From Gemmatimonadales bacterium (GTDB lineage Bacteria > Krumholzibacteriota > Krumholzibacteriia > LZORAL124-64-63): a stretch of DNA of 64,000 nt. The notes below the pieces were generated by a model. It had not been told where the DNA came from. It saw nothing but the letters and a program-made list of their open reading frames with translations, and made no database searches. The stretch lies in contig JAHOYV010000029.1 in NCBI GenBank assembly GCA_019038745.1, positions 9,943 through 73,942 on the forward strand, read 5' to 3'. Made by a program: the position numbers and the translations under genes. Position 1 is the first letter of the stretch. Every line of letters starts with the position of its first letter. Positions 19,762 to 29,444 of the stretch are shown piece by piece.

Positions 19762-19998
19762 ATGGCGTCGATTCAGGAACAGGTGTATGAAATCATCCAG
19801 AGGAAGCTCGCGGTCAACCCCGAGCAAATTACCCCCGAGGCCTCGTTCACCGAAGATTTGGGTGCCGATTCTCTCGACACCGTCGAGCTAGTGATGGACC
19901 TGGAAGAAGAGTTCAACATCAGCATCCCCGAAGAGGATCAGGAAAAACTGCGAACCGTTCAGGACGCCATCGATTATCTCGAACAGCACCTGGACTAA
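19762..19998 (+). CDS. acpP: Acyl carrier protein
   Basis: 78 aa. [14 protein letters not shown] phosphopantetheine attachment site. Confidence 0.9.
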   Translation: MASIQEQVYEIIQRKLAVNPEQITPEASFTEDLGADSLDTVELVMDLEEEFNISIPEEDQEKLRTVQDAIDYLEQHLD

Positions 19999-20056
19999 TG
20001 GCCCCGGAATCCGTGGTCTTCTAGGTTCCGACTTGTGTAATGGACCCGGTCCCGTC

Positions 20057-20084
20057 CTGGAGTCAGGATGGGACCGTGTCGAAT
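20057..20084 (+). other. Stable hairpin in the acpP-fabF intergenic region (attenuator or processing element)
   Basis: GGTCCCGTCCTG / CAGGATGGGACC, 11 bp with one G-U pair and loop GAGT. An acpP-fabF hairpin is a known way to uncouple acpP and fabF levels. Confidence 0.4.
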
Positions 20085-20105
20085 TTTGAACATGGAGGTG
20101 AAGGT

Positions 20106-21341
20106 TTGGAACGGCGAAAGGTCGTCATCACCGGCATGGGCATGGTCACGGCCGTTGGCCTGGACCGGGACTCAAGCTGGCAAGCCCTGGTCGAGGGCAA
20201 GAACGGAATCGCTACGCTGGATGTTCTGGATCCTTCCGAATATAAAAGCCAGTTCGGCGGGCAGGCCTGGGGATTTGATCCCTTGGTGGCCATGGATCCC
20301 AAGGAAGCTCGAAAGGCAGACCGTTACTGCCAATTGGGAATGGCCGCAGCCCAGCAGGCTGTAGAACAGTCAGGCTTGGGTGAGCCGGAGGATCCTTACC
20401 GATTCGGAGTGATCATAGGATCGGGAATCGGTGGGATGCTGACTTTTGAAGCACAGCATACCAAGCTCATGAACCGGGGTCCCCGCGGTGTCTCCCCCCT
20501 CTTCATCCCCATGATGATCAGTGATATGGCGGCCGGGTTGGTTTCCATCCGGTACGGGTATCGCGGAGCCAACTTTTGTACCGTCAGCGCCTGCGCTTCG
20601 GGAGGGCACGCGATTGGAGTAGCCTACGACCAGATTCTTCTCGGGCACGCCGATGTGATGATCTGTGGCGGCGCTGAAGCTGCTGTCTGTCCCATGGCCT
20701 TGGCCGGGTTCGGCAATATGAAAGCGCTTTCCACCCGCAATGATGATCCTGCCCACGCCAGTCGCCCTTTCGACAAGGACAGGGACGGCTTCGTGCTCGG
20801 TGAAGGCGCCGGTATTTTGGTTCTTGAGGCCGAGGAGCATGCCAAGGCGAGGGGTGCGGAAATTTTGGGTGAGTTGGCCGGCTACGGAATGACTGGAGAC
20901 GCCTACCACATGACCCAACCGGACACCGAAGGACGAGGTGCTATCGGGTCCATGAAACAGGCCCTTGCGTGTTCCGGAATCAACCCGGACCAGGTGGGCT
21001 ACATCAATGCCCACGGTACTTCCACCTTTTTCAATGACAAGGTGGAAACCGCCGGGATCAAATCGGTTTTCAAGGATCACGCGGCGAAAGTGAAGATCAG
21101 CTCTACCAAGTCAATGGTGGGCCATCTACTGGGTGCGGCTGGGGCTGTGGAAGCAGTTATCACAACGATGGCTTTGGGTTCAGGAACCTTGCCTCCGACC
21201 ATCAATCTCGAAAATCCCGACCCTGAATGTGATCTGGACTATTGCTCAGACGGTGCGGTTTCCAGGCGGGTAGAGTATGCTATCTCCAACTCATTTGGTT
21301 TTGGGGGGCACAATGTGACCCTCTGTTTCCGGGCCCCCTGA
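20106..21341 (+). CDS. fabF: 3-oxoacyl-ACP synthase II
   Basis: KAS-II with active-site Cys (SACASG) and His/His motifs, about 411 aa. TTG start 5 nt after GGAGGTG; the ORF-track ATG at 20040 lies inside the hairpin. Confidence 0.85.
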   Translation: MERRKVVITGMGMVTAVGLDRDSSWQALVEGKNGIATLDVLDPSEYKSQFGGQAWGFDPLVAMDPKEARKADRYCQLGMAAAQQAVEQSGLGEPEDPYRFGVIIGSGIGGMLTFEAQHTKLMNRGPRGVSPLFIPMMISDMAAGLVSIRYGYRGANFCTVSACASGGHAIGVAYDQILLGHADVMICGGAEAAVCPMALAGFGNMKALSTRNDDPAHASRPFDKDRDGFVLGEGAGILVLEAEEHAKARGAEILGELAGYGMTGDAYHMTQPDTEGRGAIGSMKQALACSGINPDQVGYINAHGTSTFFNDKVETAGIKSVFKDHAAKVKISSTKSMVGHLLGAAGAVEAVITTMALGSGTLPPTINLENPDPECDLDYCSDGAVSRRVEYAISNSFGFGGHNVTLCFRAP

Positions 21342-21376
21342 CAGGCCCCTAAAACGGGCGGACGGAGCCCTCAGAC

Positions 21377-22213
21377 ATGGGACTCAAGGAAAGCATCGGG
21401 CGATTTCTGTCCAGGATTGCAGGCTCAACAACCCGCGGTCCCGCGCAGAATTCCTGTACTTCCGAGGATGATGACTCCGTCTCCGTTGACCAACAATTGC
21501 CTGTTTTAGAGCAGAAGTTGGGTCACTCCTTCTCAGATCCCTGTTTTCTTGCCAATGCCCTGCTACACCGTTCTCACATTCATGTTACCGGCCGGGACCG
21601 GGAGGATTCCAACGAGCGTCTTGAATTCCTCGGTGATGCGGTGTTGGGTCTTGTCGTAAACGAAACCCTATACAAGGAATTTCCCGATCGTTCAGAAGGC
21701 GATCTGACCAAAATGAAATCCTTGTTGGTATGTGGTACACGGCTGTCCGAGGTTGCCGAGGCTATCGACCTGGGCATTCATATTCGAATGAGTCGCAGTG
21801 AAGCTGCTACAGGAGGTCGTAAACGTTCGTCGATTTTGGCCGATACAATGGAGGCTTTGATCGGGGCGATCTACTTGGACGCTGGTCTTTCGGCGGCCCG
21901 CTTGATGATTCACACTGTGGTCTTGAGGGGTAGCGAAGGTGTTTTGGCCAAACGATCACTGAGGAATTTCAAGAGTAGACTTCAGGAAATGATCCAGGCC
22001 CGGTACAAGAGTCCACCCCGTTACAAGGTTTTGAACGTGGAGGGCCCGGACCATGATCGGGTTTTCCAAGTGGCCGTCACTTTTGGGGGAACTGTCTTGG
22101 GCTCCGGCTCGGGAGGAAACAAAAAATCCGCAGAGCAGGAAGCGGCCCAAGAGGCATTGAAGAACCTGGAAGAAAACCCTGATTTTATCAAAGACCAACC
22201 TGGAGAATTGTGA
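21377..22213 (+). CDS. rnc: Ribonuclease III
   Basis: ERLEFLGDAVLGL catalytic signature and a C-terminal dsRBD. About 40 aa of extra N-terminus, so the start is uncertain. Confidence 0.8.
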   Translation: MGLKESIGRFLSRIAGSTTRGPAQNSCTSEDDDSVSVDQQLPVLEQKLGHSFSDPCFLANALLHRSHIHVTGRDREDSNERLEFLGDAVLGLVVNETLYKEFPDRSEGDLTKMKSLLVCGTRLSEVAEAIDLGIHIRMSRSEAATGGRKRSSILADTMEALIGAIYLDAGLSAARLMIHTVVLRGSEGVLAKRSLRNFKSRLQEMIQARYKSPPRYKVLNVEGPDHDRVFQVAVTFGGTVLGSGSGGNKKSAEQEAAQEALKNLEENPDFIKDQPGEL

Positions 22214-24153
22214 TCGTTATCCACCAGATGCTTTGCCAAGCCTGCGAACGGTTTTTTGGTCAAGGGGGAAAGATAAGTGTGAGAAACAAGGTGCTGTTGT
22301 TCAAACTGACCCTGATGCCGTTTCTGGTGGTGATTTTCTTTGGCTTTTCTGATCTTGGTACTACCAGGATTGCTGTCGGTGCTATTCCCGAATCTGGGAC
22401 CGGCATGGCTGACGATGAGGTTCCTTACGGCGTCGCCTCCAGCTGGCTTCTGGGTAGGCAGCTTCTGGTTGAGGGCCAAACTGATGATGCGCTTCCCTAT
22501 CTGCATTTTGCCTACCGGGCTCAGCCGGGAGTTCAGGCCATTGCGATGACCTTCCAGGAAGCTCTGGCCGATGGTGGTTTTATCCGGGACGCTCTGGAGG
22601 TTATGGATTCCCTGGTGGCAGCCTGGCCGGATTCCCAGTCGTACCTTTTGCGCCGCTCCTCCCTTAATCTCCAGGCAGGCCATCGTGATAAGGCTCTTAC
22701 GGATCTCAGAGAAATCCGACGCCGCGGAATCGGGTCACCCGAAGTGATTTCTGCGGAGGCAACCCTCTTGGCAGCTGCGGGACGACTAAAAGAGGCCGTG
22801 GCTGTCTACCGCGATGGTCTTGAGCTTTTTCCCGCAGAACAAACCCAATTCTATTTGGGGATGGCTTCCATTCACCAGCAGGAGGGCAAGTTGGACTTGG
22901 TCCCGTCGCTGATTGATGAAGCCTTGGTCGACAATGGAGATTCAGCAGGTCTGTGGTTGGTCAAGATTCGTAGCCTGGCCGCGTTGGAACGCCACGAAGA
23001 GGCTGTTTCCTGTGTTGGGAAAGCCACGGAAAAATTTCAGGAATTTCTCGGTGCGGAAGCAGATTCCACTGCTTTCGGAATCCTCACCGCCTCGGGTGAT
23101 CGGATTCCTGATTCCCCGGAGTTTTTTTTCATCGAGTTGGCTGATTTCTACGCCCAGCACGGGGAATTGACCCGCGCGGTGAACCTGCTCCAACCCCTGT
23201 CTGAATCTCAAGAGTTGGGTTTGTCGCCAAGCCTGTGGTTGGGACGACTCTACCTGGGGACTGGGCGGGATGAGGACGGGGCCGCCCTCGTGGATGGAAT
23301 TCTGGAGCAATGGCCTGATTCCCCGCGTGCCTGGTTCCTTCGCGGGAAGGTTGCCGAGAACAGTAATGACTGGTTGGCCGCAGTCCCCTTTTACCTGCTA
23401 GCCGCCGGTCTTGACACTCACGACTCGGAGATCAGGCTGGGCTTGGTCAGGTCCCTTTTGGTTGCCAGTGAACAGAGGGGCGGATTCGTCCCCGGGACTA
23501 CTCAAGGGGATTCCAACCGGGCAGAACTTCGCCAACATGCAATGGTTGCTTCGATGATTACCCCAGATGATGCTTGGGAAGGGCAACTCATTCTGGGGTA
23601 TGCTTTCCTGGCTCTTGAAGAATTCGACCGAGGAGCTTACCGCTTCGAATTGGCGGCTGAGGGTCCCGAATTCAAGACCGCTTCAATGACACAGATGAGT
23701 ATCTGTCTGGACCGCTTGGGCAAAACCGCTCAGGCCCGGGGCGCTTTGGAGACTCTGAGACGTGAGGACCCCGAAGATCCCGAGATTGCCAATTCCTTGG
23801 GATATTTCCTGGCGGAAAAGGGCATCGACCTGGAATTGGCCGAAAGTCTGATCCTGGAAGCCCTGGAGGCCCAGCCGGGCAATGGAGCCTTTCTCGATTC
23901 ACTGGGCTGGGTGTACTACCGACTGGGTCGTTTCGAAGATGCATTGGACCATTTGATTCGAGCCATCAATGTTCTACCCGAGGACCCTGTAATTTTGGAG
24001 CATGTTGGGGTAACCCTGTTGGAATTGGACCAGCCACAGGAAGCTTATGATTTGATCAAGCGAGCTCTCGATCTGGGGGGGGATCAGGAACGCCTGGAGT
24101 CCCTCCTGACCAGGATCGGGGCAGACCTGGCCGACGAGGATCAGGGGAGATGA
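22210..24153 (+). CDS. TPR-repeat protein with N-terminal CxxC and TM segment
   Basis: 647 aa with many TPR-like helical repeats (...ALDHLIRAINV..., ...AYDLIKRAL...). Overlaps the rnc stop by 4 nt. Confidence 0.5.
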   Translation: MIVIHQMLCQACERFFGQGGKISVRNKVLLFKLTLMPFLVVIFFGFSDLGTTRIAVGAIPESGTGMADDEVPYGVASSWLLGRQLLVEGQTDDALPYLHFAYRAQPGVQAIAMTFQEALADGGFIRDALEVMDSLVAAWPDSQSYLLRRSSLNLQAGHRDKALTDLREIRRRGIGSPEVISAEATLLAAAGRLKEAVAVYRDGLELFPAEQTQFYLGMASIHQQEGKLDLVPSLIDEALVDNGDSAGLWLVKIRSLAALERHEEAVSCVGKATEKFQEFLGAEADSTAFGILTASGDRIPDSPEFFFIELADFYAQHGELTRAVNLLQPLSESQELGLSPSLWLGRLYLGTGRDEDGAALVDGILEQWPDSPRAWFLRGKVAENSNDWLAAVPFYLLAAGLDTHDSEIRLGLVRSLLVASEQRGGFVPGTTQGDSNRAELRQHAMVASMITPDDAWEGQLILGYAFLALEEFDRGAYRFELAAEGPEFKTASMTQMSICLDRLGKTAQARGALETLRREDPEDPEIANSLGYFLAEKGIDLELAESLILEALEAQPGNGAFLDSLGWVYYRLGRFEDALDHLIRAINVLPEDPVILEHVGVTLLELDQPQEAYDLIKRALDLGGDQERLESLLTRIGADLADEDQGR

Positions 24154-24157
24154 ATCC

Positions 24158-25057
24158 ATGGGCTCCGCTCTTGTTCGAGCTGTCCAGATTATGATGTGGA
24201 ACATGGCTCGTACTGTCTACCGGCTGCTGGGTTCGGCTCTTTCCAGATTACCAACCCTTTTGCCGCTTCCTGTTTTATTGTTGACCATTTTTTATCATCT
24301 GCCTCTGGCCGTTTTGGGTGCCGAGCCAGGGTCGAAACTCGTTCTAGCCAACTGGAGAGCGACCGCATTTTCCCAATCCAGGCAGGGTAGTTGCTGCTGG
24401 ACGACCGGGCTGGAGGGGGCCCTGCGCCTGGAAGTTTCGTTGCAAACCCCCGGTAACCAACCTGGCCCCGAATTTGGGCCGCTCCTGGCTTGGAATGGTG
24501 AGGGCTGGACCGTTATTCTAGGCGAAGCAGGGCAAGGGACATTGAATCGGTGGGGCCAGGAATGGAAAAATACGCCGCCGGGAATTGAACGTTTGATCCG
24601 GGCGATTCTTTCCGATTTTACGCACGAAGAATTTCATTTCTCTTCTTTTATTGCGGCCGGTGGATCCGGCCATTTCCGGCCTAGGCCCCCAATTTCCTCA
24701 ACCGGGATTCTGGGGGAGCGATACATCAAACGCCGCTGGGAAGCTATTGGCTTGCTACTGACTGAGGAGACGGTGGAAATTTCCTCCCGGGATCCGGGCT
24801 CCTTCAGGAATAGATTGACTGGACGGGGCCAAGGTCGGGGAGGTTCTGCGGAGATGATTACGATGGAGCTTTTTTTGCCTATTGCGGGGGAAATTCCGGA
24901 TAATTCCTGGGTCCCTGGCACTCGATTATTGGTGTCCAGCTCCAGACGGTCCGGACACCTCCAGCTGGATGTAGTGGACAGTTTGAATCCTGGAGAAATT
25001 CCTTCCGAAGCCTTTCTCCCAATATGGCCCCTGGGTAATTTCATTTCAGTTGACTGA
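24158..25057 (+). CDS. Hypothetical secreted or membrane protein
   Basis: 299 aa, hydrophobic N-terminus, no recognisable motif. Same strand and tight spacing after the TPR gene. Confidence 0.35.
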   Translation: MGSALVRAVQIMMWNMARTVYRLLGSALSRLPTLLPLPVLLLTIFYHLPLAVLGAEPGSKLVLANWRATAFSQSRQGSCCWTTGLEGALRLEVSLQTPGNQPGPEFGPLLAWNGEGWTVILGEAGQGTLNRWGQEWKNTPPGIERLIRAILSDFTHEEFHFSSFIAAGGSGHFRPRPPISSTGILGERYIKRRWEAIGLLLTEETVEISSRDPGSFRNRLTGRGQGRGGSAEMITMELFLPIAGEIPDNSWVPGTRLLVSSSRRSGHLQLDVVDSLNPGEIPSEAFLPIWPLGNFISVD

Positions 25058-25129
25058 AAGTTTCCGGGAACTCGGTCACCGTCAAACGGTTTAGAATAAG
25101 AAATCAGGCCCCAGCGTGTAGACGGGAGA

Positions 25130-25831
25130 TTGAAGTTGAATCTTTCCAGAGATGAACATCAGCAGGTAAATCCTTCCGCCATAACCGGAGATCTTCGTGA
25201 GATTCGCGACGAGGATCTGATTGTTCATGTCCAAAATGGACGACGCAAGGCCTTTGATGAGATCGTGTCCAGATACAAGGGAAGACTCTTCAGCTTTATC
25301 CTGAGGATGGTCAAGGATCCTGATCTGGCTGAAGAGCTTACCCAGGAAACTTTGATTCGGGTCTTTGTCCATGCTGGGAAATACAGGGAGATCGCCAAGT
25401 TCTCCACCTGGGTTTTCACGATCGCTACCAATCTGGTGCGCAACAAGATGCGACAGAGGTCCCGGCGGCCGCGATTAGTAAGTTTGAACCCTGCGCCAGA
25501 TGAGGGGGAAATGCCTGTTGATCCCCCGGATCATGAGGCTGATTCATCCTCGGAAGTCGAGCGGGAAGAGTTGGCGCGGCTCATCCAGGAGGCCACGAGC
25601 CAGATTCCGGAAAAATACCGCATTCCATTCCTTTTGCGGGAGGTGGATCAACTCAGTTATGAGGAGATCCAGCAAGTGACCGGGCTCAAGCTGGGTACCG
25701 TGCGATCGCGGATAAACCGGGCACGGAATCGTTTCCGACAGTTGATCAAACCATTACTCCGAAACGAGACCCTCCTTATGGAATTGGAAAGAATCGAAGC
25801 CAGAGCGGAAGCCGAAAAGGGAAATAACTAG
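25130..25831 (+). CDS. ECF (group 4) RNA polymerase sigma factor
   Basis: Region 2 (RLFSFILRMVKD...AEELTQETLIRVF) and region 4 HTH (LSYEEIQQVTGLKLGTVRSRINRAR). Confidence 0.75.
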   Translation: MKLNLSRDEHQQVNPSAITGDLREIRDEDLIVHVQNGRRKAFDEIVSRYKGRLFSFILRMVKDPDLAEELTQETLIRVFVHAGKYREIAKFSTWVFTIATNLVRNKMRQRSRRPRLVSLNPAPDEGEMPVDPPDHEADSSSEVEREELARLIQEATSQIPEKYRIPFLLREVDQLSYEEIQQVTGLKLGTVRSRINRARNRFRQLIKPLLRNETLLMELERIEARAEAEKGNN

Positions 25832-25844
25832 TGGAGAGGATTGA

Positions 25845-26561
25845 TTGATGCGTTGTAACAAGGCCAGGGAGTTTCTGAGTATGGAAATGGACGGGATGGT
25901 TCCTCCAGATTCCACAGTTGAGTTGGAACAACACCTTGAAACCTGTGCTGATTGCCAGGAATACAGGAGTGACCTGCTGTTGGGTAAGAGGCTTCTGGCT
26001 GCCACCGAACCCGAACTGCCGGAGAACTTCGACTGGAAGCTGCAATTGCGTCTAAGTCAGACTCTTCGAGAGGCCGCCGGCGATGCTGCTTTTCCATGGG
26101 AGGAAAAACCCTCTGATGCCTGGGCATGGTTGCGCAACTTCGGAACCGCGGCGGCCGTGGGCATGGCAGCCATTCTTACCTTCGCTATCTTCGTTGGCCC
26201 CAATGATACGTCCGATCATTTTGTGGCCGACTCGGTGGGTGCCAACCCTGCCGCGGCGGTGGCCGAGGGCGGAAATGATCGACTTCCCCTGAGCCGACAG
26301 ATACGCTTCAATGGCCTTCAGGTGGGTGGCCCAATGCAACGGCAAGCGCCCGGAATGTCACTGACGCCTGTGACGGGAAGCCGTCTGGGACTGGACAGAG
26401 GCTGGTCCGGTGGGAATTTGGAGGATCTGCGCATCATCAACCGGTTGCGCGCCGAGAACCGCCAATTGACCAGCGCGCTGTTGAAGTCTCAATTACAACT
26501 CCGGTTGAGGCAGGCCCAGCTTGACACCTCAGCCCAAAAGGCCCTAGATCTAGAGAAATAG
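25845..26561 (+). CDS. Anti-sigma factor (zf-HC2 type, single TM)
   Basis: N-terminal CNKAREFL...H..TCADCQ zinc-finger anti-sigma motif and a TM segment (AAVGMAAILTFAIFVG). Directly downstream of the ECF sigma. Confidence 0.6.
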   Translation: MMRCNKAREFLSMEMDGMVPPDSTVELEQHLETCADCQEYRSDLLLGKRLLAATEPELPENFDWKLQLRLSQTLREAAGDAAFPWEEKPSDAWAWLRNFGTAAAVGMAAILTFAIFVGPNDTSDHFVADSVGANPAAAVAEGGNDRLPLSRQIRFNGLQVGGPMQRQAPGMSLTPVTGSRLGLDRGWSGGNLEDLRIINRLRAENRQLTSALLKSQLQLRLRQAQLDTSAQKALDLEK

Positions 26562-26608
26562 TCGGCCACCGAGCCGGCCTGGATTATTCTTGAGCTTTTG
26601 GTCGGAGG

Positions 26609-27652
26609 ATGGAATTGAAACGGGGGATAGTTCTAATTTTTTTGGGTTTGATCCTGGCTCAGGCCGGATGTGGTTTCGACAAGGAAAAGGGAATTTTCAT
26701 GGCCGCCGGCTCCTACGGGGATCTGGCGGTCGTCGTTTCGGATCTCGATCTGCGGCCCTTGGCCAATCGTTTCCTGGCGGGACTTGTTCAAGAGAAATCC
26801 TTCGTCATCACGCCTGAACCTACCTTCAATGCTGATGTTTTCGGGCCCGACAAATTGGATCTGGCCAAGGGCTACAAGAATGTCATCTTCTTGGTCCAGG
26901 TGGGTCAGGGTGGGAAGGCCGAGAAGGAGGCTCAAAAGCAGATCTCCTCCGAAACCTGGGATCGGTTGGTTGCAGGCGGTGGCGGTGTCGTGCAGGTCAA
27001 GGATCCATGGTCCACTTACCAACATCTGGTGATGGTTGTGTCCCGGGACCGGAATAATCTGGGAAGTATTTCGGCCCGAAACACCGAAAAAATCAGGGAC
27101 ATCCTTCAGAACAGCAATCGGGAACGCATTCTTAGGCGTAATCGATACGAAGGTTTGAATACCAACCTTGTAAATGCATGTTTGGACCGTCTGGGATTTT
27201 TTCTGGAGATTCCCCAGGAGTATTCCCAGAACCAGCTTCAGCCTGACGGGTTTCCCGGAGTGGAATTTATGCGGCATAGGCCCTCTCGGGGGATTACCGT
27301 CAGTTGGTTGGATAACGTGAACACCGTGAAAGTCATGGCGGATCGTGAGCAGCTGATCAAAATGCGTCGCGAGATGGGGGTCAAACTGCACAACGAAGAA
27401 ATCCTTCCTGAAACTTTCATCTGGAGTGAAGAAACCTTTGGTGATCAGGTTTTCACAAAGCTGGAAGGGTCCTGGACGAGCAATAAATTCTCCGGCGGAG
27501 GGGCTTTCTGGACTTATTTTCTCCCTGCTGAAGAACAGGGTAGAGTTTATTGCCTAGATTTGTTGGTTTACGCCCCCGGTATGGAGAAAATGCCGTTTTT
27601 TCGCAGGATGGAGGCTGTTGCTTCGACTTTTTCGACTACCAGACTGCGCTGA
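26609..27652 (+). CDS. Lipoprotein, DUF4837-like (uncertain)
   Basis: Signal peptide plus Cys (LILAQAGC), 347 aa. Resembles FCB-group DUF4837 lipoproteins; unverified. Confidence 0.4.
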   Translation: MELKRGIVLIFLGLILAQAGCGFDKEKGIFMAAGSYGDLAVVVSDLDLRPLANRFLAGLVQEKSFVITPEPTFNADVFGPDKLDLAKGYKNVIFLVQVGQGGKAEKEAQKQISSETWDRLVAGGGGVVQVKDPWSTYQHLVMVVSRDRNNLGSISARNTEKIRDILQNSNRERILRRNRYEGLNTNLVNACLDRLGFFLEIPQEYSQNQLQPDGFPGVEFMRHRPSRGITVSWLDNVNTVKVMADREQLIKMRREMGVKLHNEEILPETFIWSEETFGDQVFTKLEGSWTSNKFSGGGAFWTYFLPAEEQGRVYCLDLLVYAPGMEKMPFFRRMEAVASTFSTTRLR

Positions 27653-27689
27653 TAGCCCCGGAAAGAGACGGAAATCCTGTCTTCAAAAG

Positions 27690-27731
27690 AGGCCATTCTT
27701 GCAGAGAATAGGCTTTTTTCTTTCAGGTCCT
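27690..27731 (+). terminator. Putative terminator after the lipoprotein gene
   Basis: Imperfect stem GGCCATTCT / AGAATAGGC followed by TTTTTTCTTTC. Confidence 0.3.
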
Positions 27732-27802
27732 CAAAGTGGTAATTATATTGCCTTCTTATTCTGGAATTCCTGGAGCGCCTCAACCGAACCGAGGTAAATT
27801 TA

Positions 27803-28639
27803 ATGAGCAACGTCATTGCCGTCGTGAACCACAAGGGTGGCACGGGGAAGACAACCACCGCCATCAATCTGGCTGCCGGCCTGACTCGCTACAGCGATGT
27901 TACTTCTTCCTGCCTGTTGATCGATATGGATCCCAACGGTAGTGCCACAAGTTCCCTATTGGGCAAGATGGACGGAGAACCCCCGGCACGAAGTATTTTC
28001 GACGTTCTTCGTAGGGCCATTACACCCCAGGACGGAATATCCTCGACCATATACGACGAGAATATCGATATTCTGCCCGCGACGCCGACGCTTGAAAGTA
28101 TGGCAAAGACACAAATCAACGATCGTTTGGCCAAGGTCATCAGTGCCCTTTCCACCTCATATGGTTGGATCATAATCGATACTCCACCGAATTTGGGAGT
28201 TTTGACCCAGAATGCCCTGGTGGCAGCTGACTACGCCTTGATCCCCACACAATGCAGTGGACTGGCCATACCTCCCATTCGCCAGATCAAGGACTTGATC
28301 GAAAAGATCCAGGTCAGGCAGAACATCTGGTTGCAACTTATGGGTGTTTTAATTACTCAGAAGGATGGCCGAACTCCCCTGCAGAAACCGGTTCGCAGAG
28401 AGTTGGGGCAGGTCTTCCCTGCTGCGGATATCTTCAAAACGGTCATCACCAACAACATCAAAATCGAGGAGGCTCCGGCCAACTCTCAGAGCATCTACGC
28501 CTATGATTCCGGGTGTCTGGGCGCTTCCCTGTACAGGGATTGGATCAAAAAGGAATTCCTGAAAAAGCACCAGAGGCTGGAGAAGAAAAAGGTGGAGCGG
28601 CAAGAAGCTGTCGAGGCCAGTAAGGAATCGGCGGAGTAA
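27803..28639 (+). CDS. Orphan ParA/MinD-family ATPase with Lys-rich C-terminal tail
   Basis: Deviant Walker A VVNHKGGTGKTTTAINLA. C-terminal KKEFLKKHQRLEKKKVERQEAVEASKESAE. No parB-like partner nearby. Confidence 0.7.
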   Translation: MSNVIAVVNHKGGTGKTTTAINLAAGLTRYSDVTSSCLLIDMDPNGSATSSLLGKMDGEPPARSIFDVLRRAITPQDGISSTIYDENIDILPATPTLESMAKTQINDRLAKVISALSTSYGWIIIDTPPNLGVLTQNALVAADYALIPTQCSGLAIPPIRQIKDLIEKIQVRQNIWLQLMGVLITQKDGRTPLQKPVRRELGQVFPAADIFKTVITNNIKIEEAPANSQSIYAYDSGCLGASLYRDWIKKEFLKKHQRLEKKKVERQEAVEASKESAE

Positions 28640-28656
28640 TCCTCCATTTAATGGGG

Positions 28657-29292
28657 TCAACCCTGCACAAAGGGGTTGGAGGCTTTTTCCCGACCCACCG
28701 TGGTGCTCGGGCCGTGACCACAAATGATGACAGTTTCATCCGGGAGCGTATAGATGCGTTCCCGGATGCTTTTTTCCAGGGTGGGAAAATCTCCTCCTGG
28801 CAGGTCGGTCCTTCCCACGGACCCGGCGAAGAGGCAATCGCCAACGATGGCTTTTCCCGGCAGCAGGAACATAACTTGGCCCGTTGAATGTCCCGGGATG
28901 TGTTGGACAAGGATTTTCTCTCCGGCGCAGGGTATTACGGTTCCGTCCGCAAGGTCGGCGGAGCAAACCGGTACTTCGCCCGGTTCGAATCCGTAGGCCT
29001 CTTGAATGTGGGGCATGGATTGGATTAGTTCCAGGTCATCCGGATGGCAGCGCAGAGGCAGATCATGGACTTGCTGGATCCCAGTTGCAGCTCCTACGTG
29101 GTCGAAGTGTCCGTGAGTAGCCAGTAAGCCGACTAGGCGGGCCTCCGATTCACGAACCAAATTCAATAATGTCTCCACTTCGGCTCCGGGATCGATGAGG
29201 ACGGCCTCAGCGCCTTCGGGTCCCTTGCCGGAGATCAACACGGCATTCATCTGCAGGGGTCCAACGCTGCGCACTTCAATTTTCCAGTCCAT
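28657..29292 (-). CDS. MBL-fold metallo-hydrolase (glyoxalase II-like)
   Basis: HxHxDH motif (ATHGHFDHVG). The true start is the internal Met (MDWKIEV) with AAGGAGAG RBS; the track start at 29358 is an N-terminal over-extension. Confidence 0.65.
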   Translation of the reverse strand: MDWKIEVRSVGPLQMNAVLISGKGPEGAEAVLIDPGAEVETLLNLVRESEARLVGLLATHGHFDHVGAATGIQQVHDLPLRCHPDDLELIQSMPHIQEAYGFEPGEVPVCSADLADGTVIPCAGEKILVQHIPGHSTGQVMFLLPGKAIVGDCLFAGSVGRTDLPGGDFPTLEKSIRERIYTLPDETVIICGHGPSTTVGREKASNPFVQG

Positions 29293-29372
29293 TACTTGTC
29301 TCTCCTTTTTATCACATCGAATGTTTTGTTCGGCCTGACCACTGATGGCCGCAAACATCCTTCTTATCGGTA

Positions 29373-29407
29373 AAAGACCGGCCCCGGGTTGTCCGGGACC
29401 GGTCTTT
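29373..29407 (-). terminator. Long GC hairpin downstream of ino1 (minus strand), weak U-tract
   Basis: AAAGACCGGCCCCGG-GTTGT-CCGGGACCGGTCTTT, followed by TTTT on the minus strand. Confidence 0.4.
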
Positions 29408-29444
29408 CCAGGCTCTCGTATCGAGGCGTGAATCCTCGGACTAT

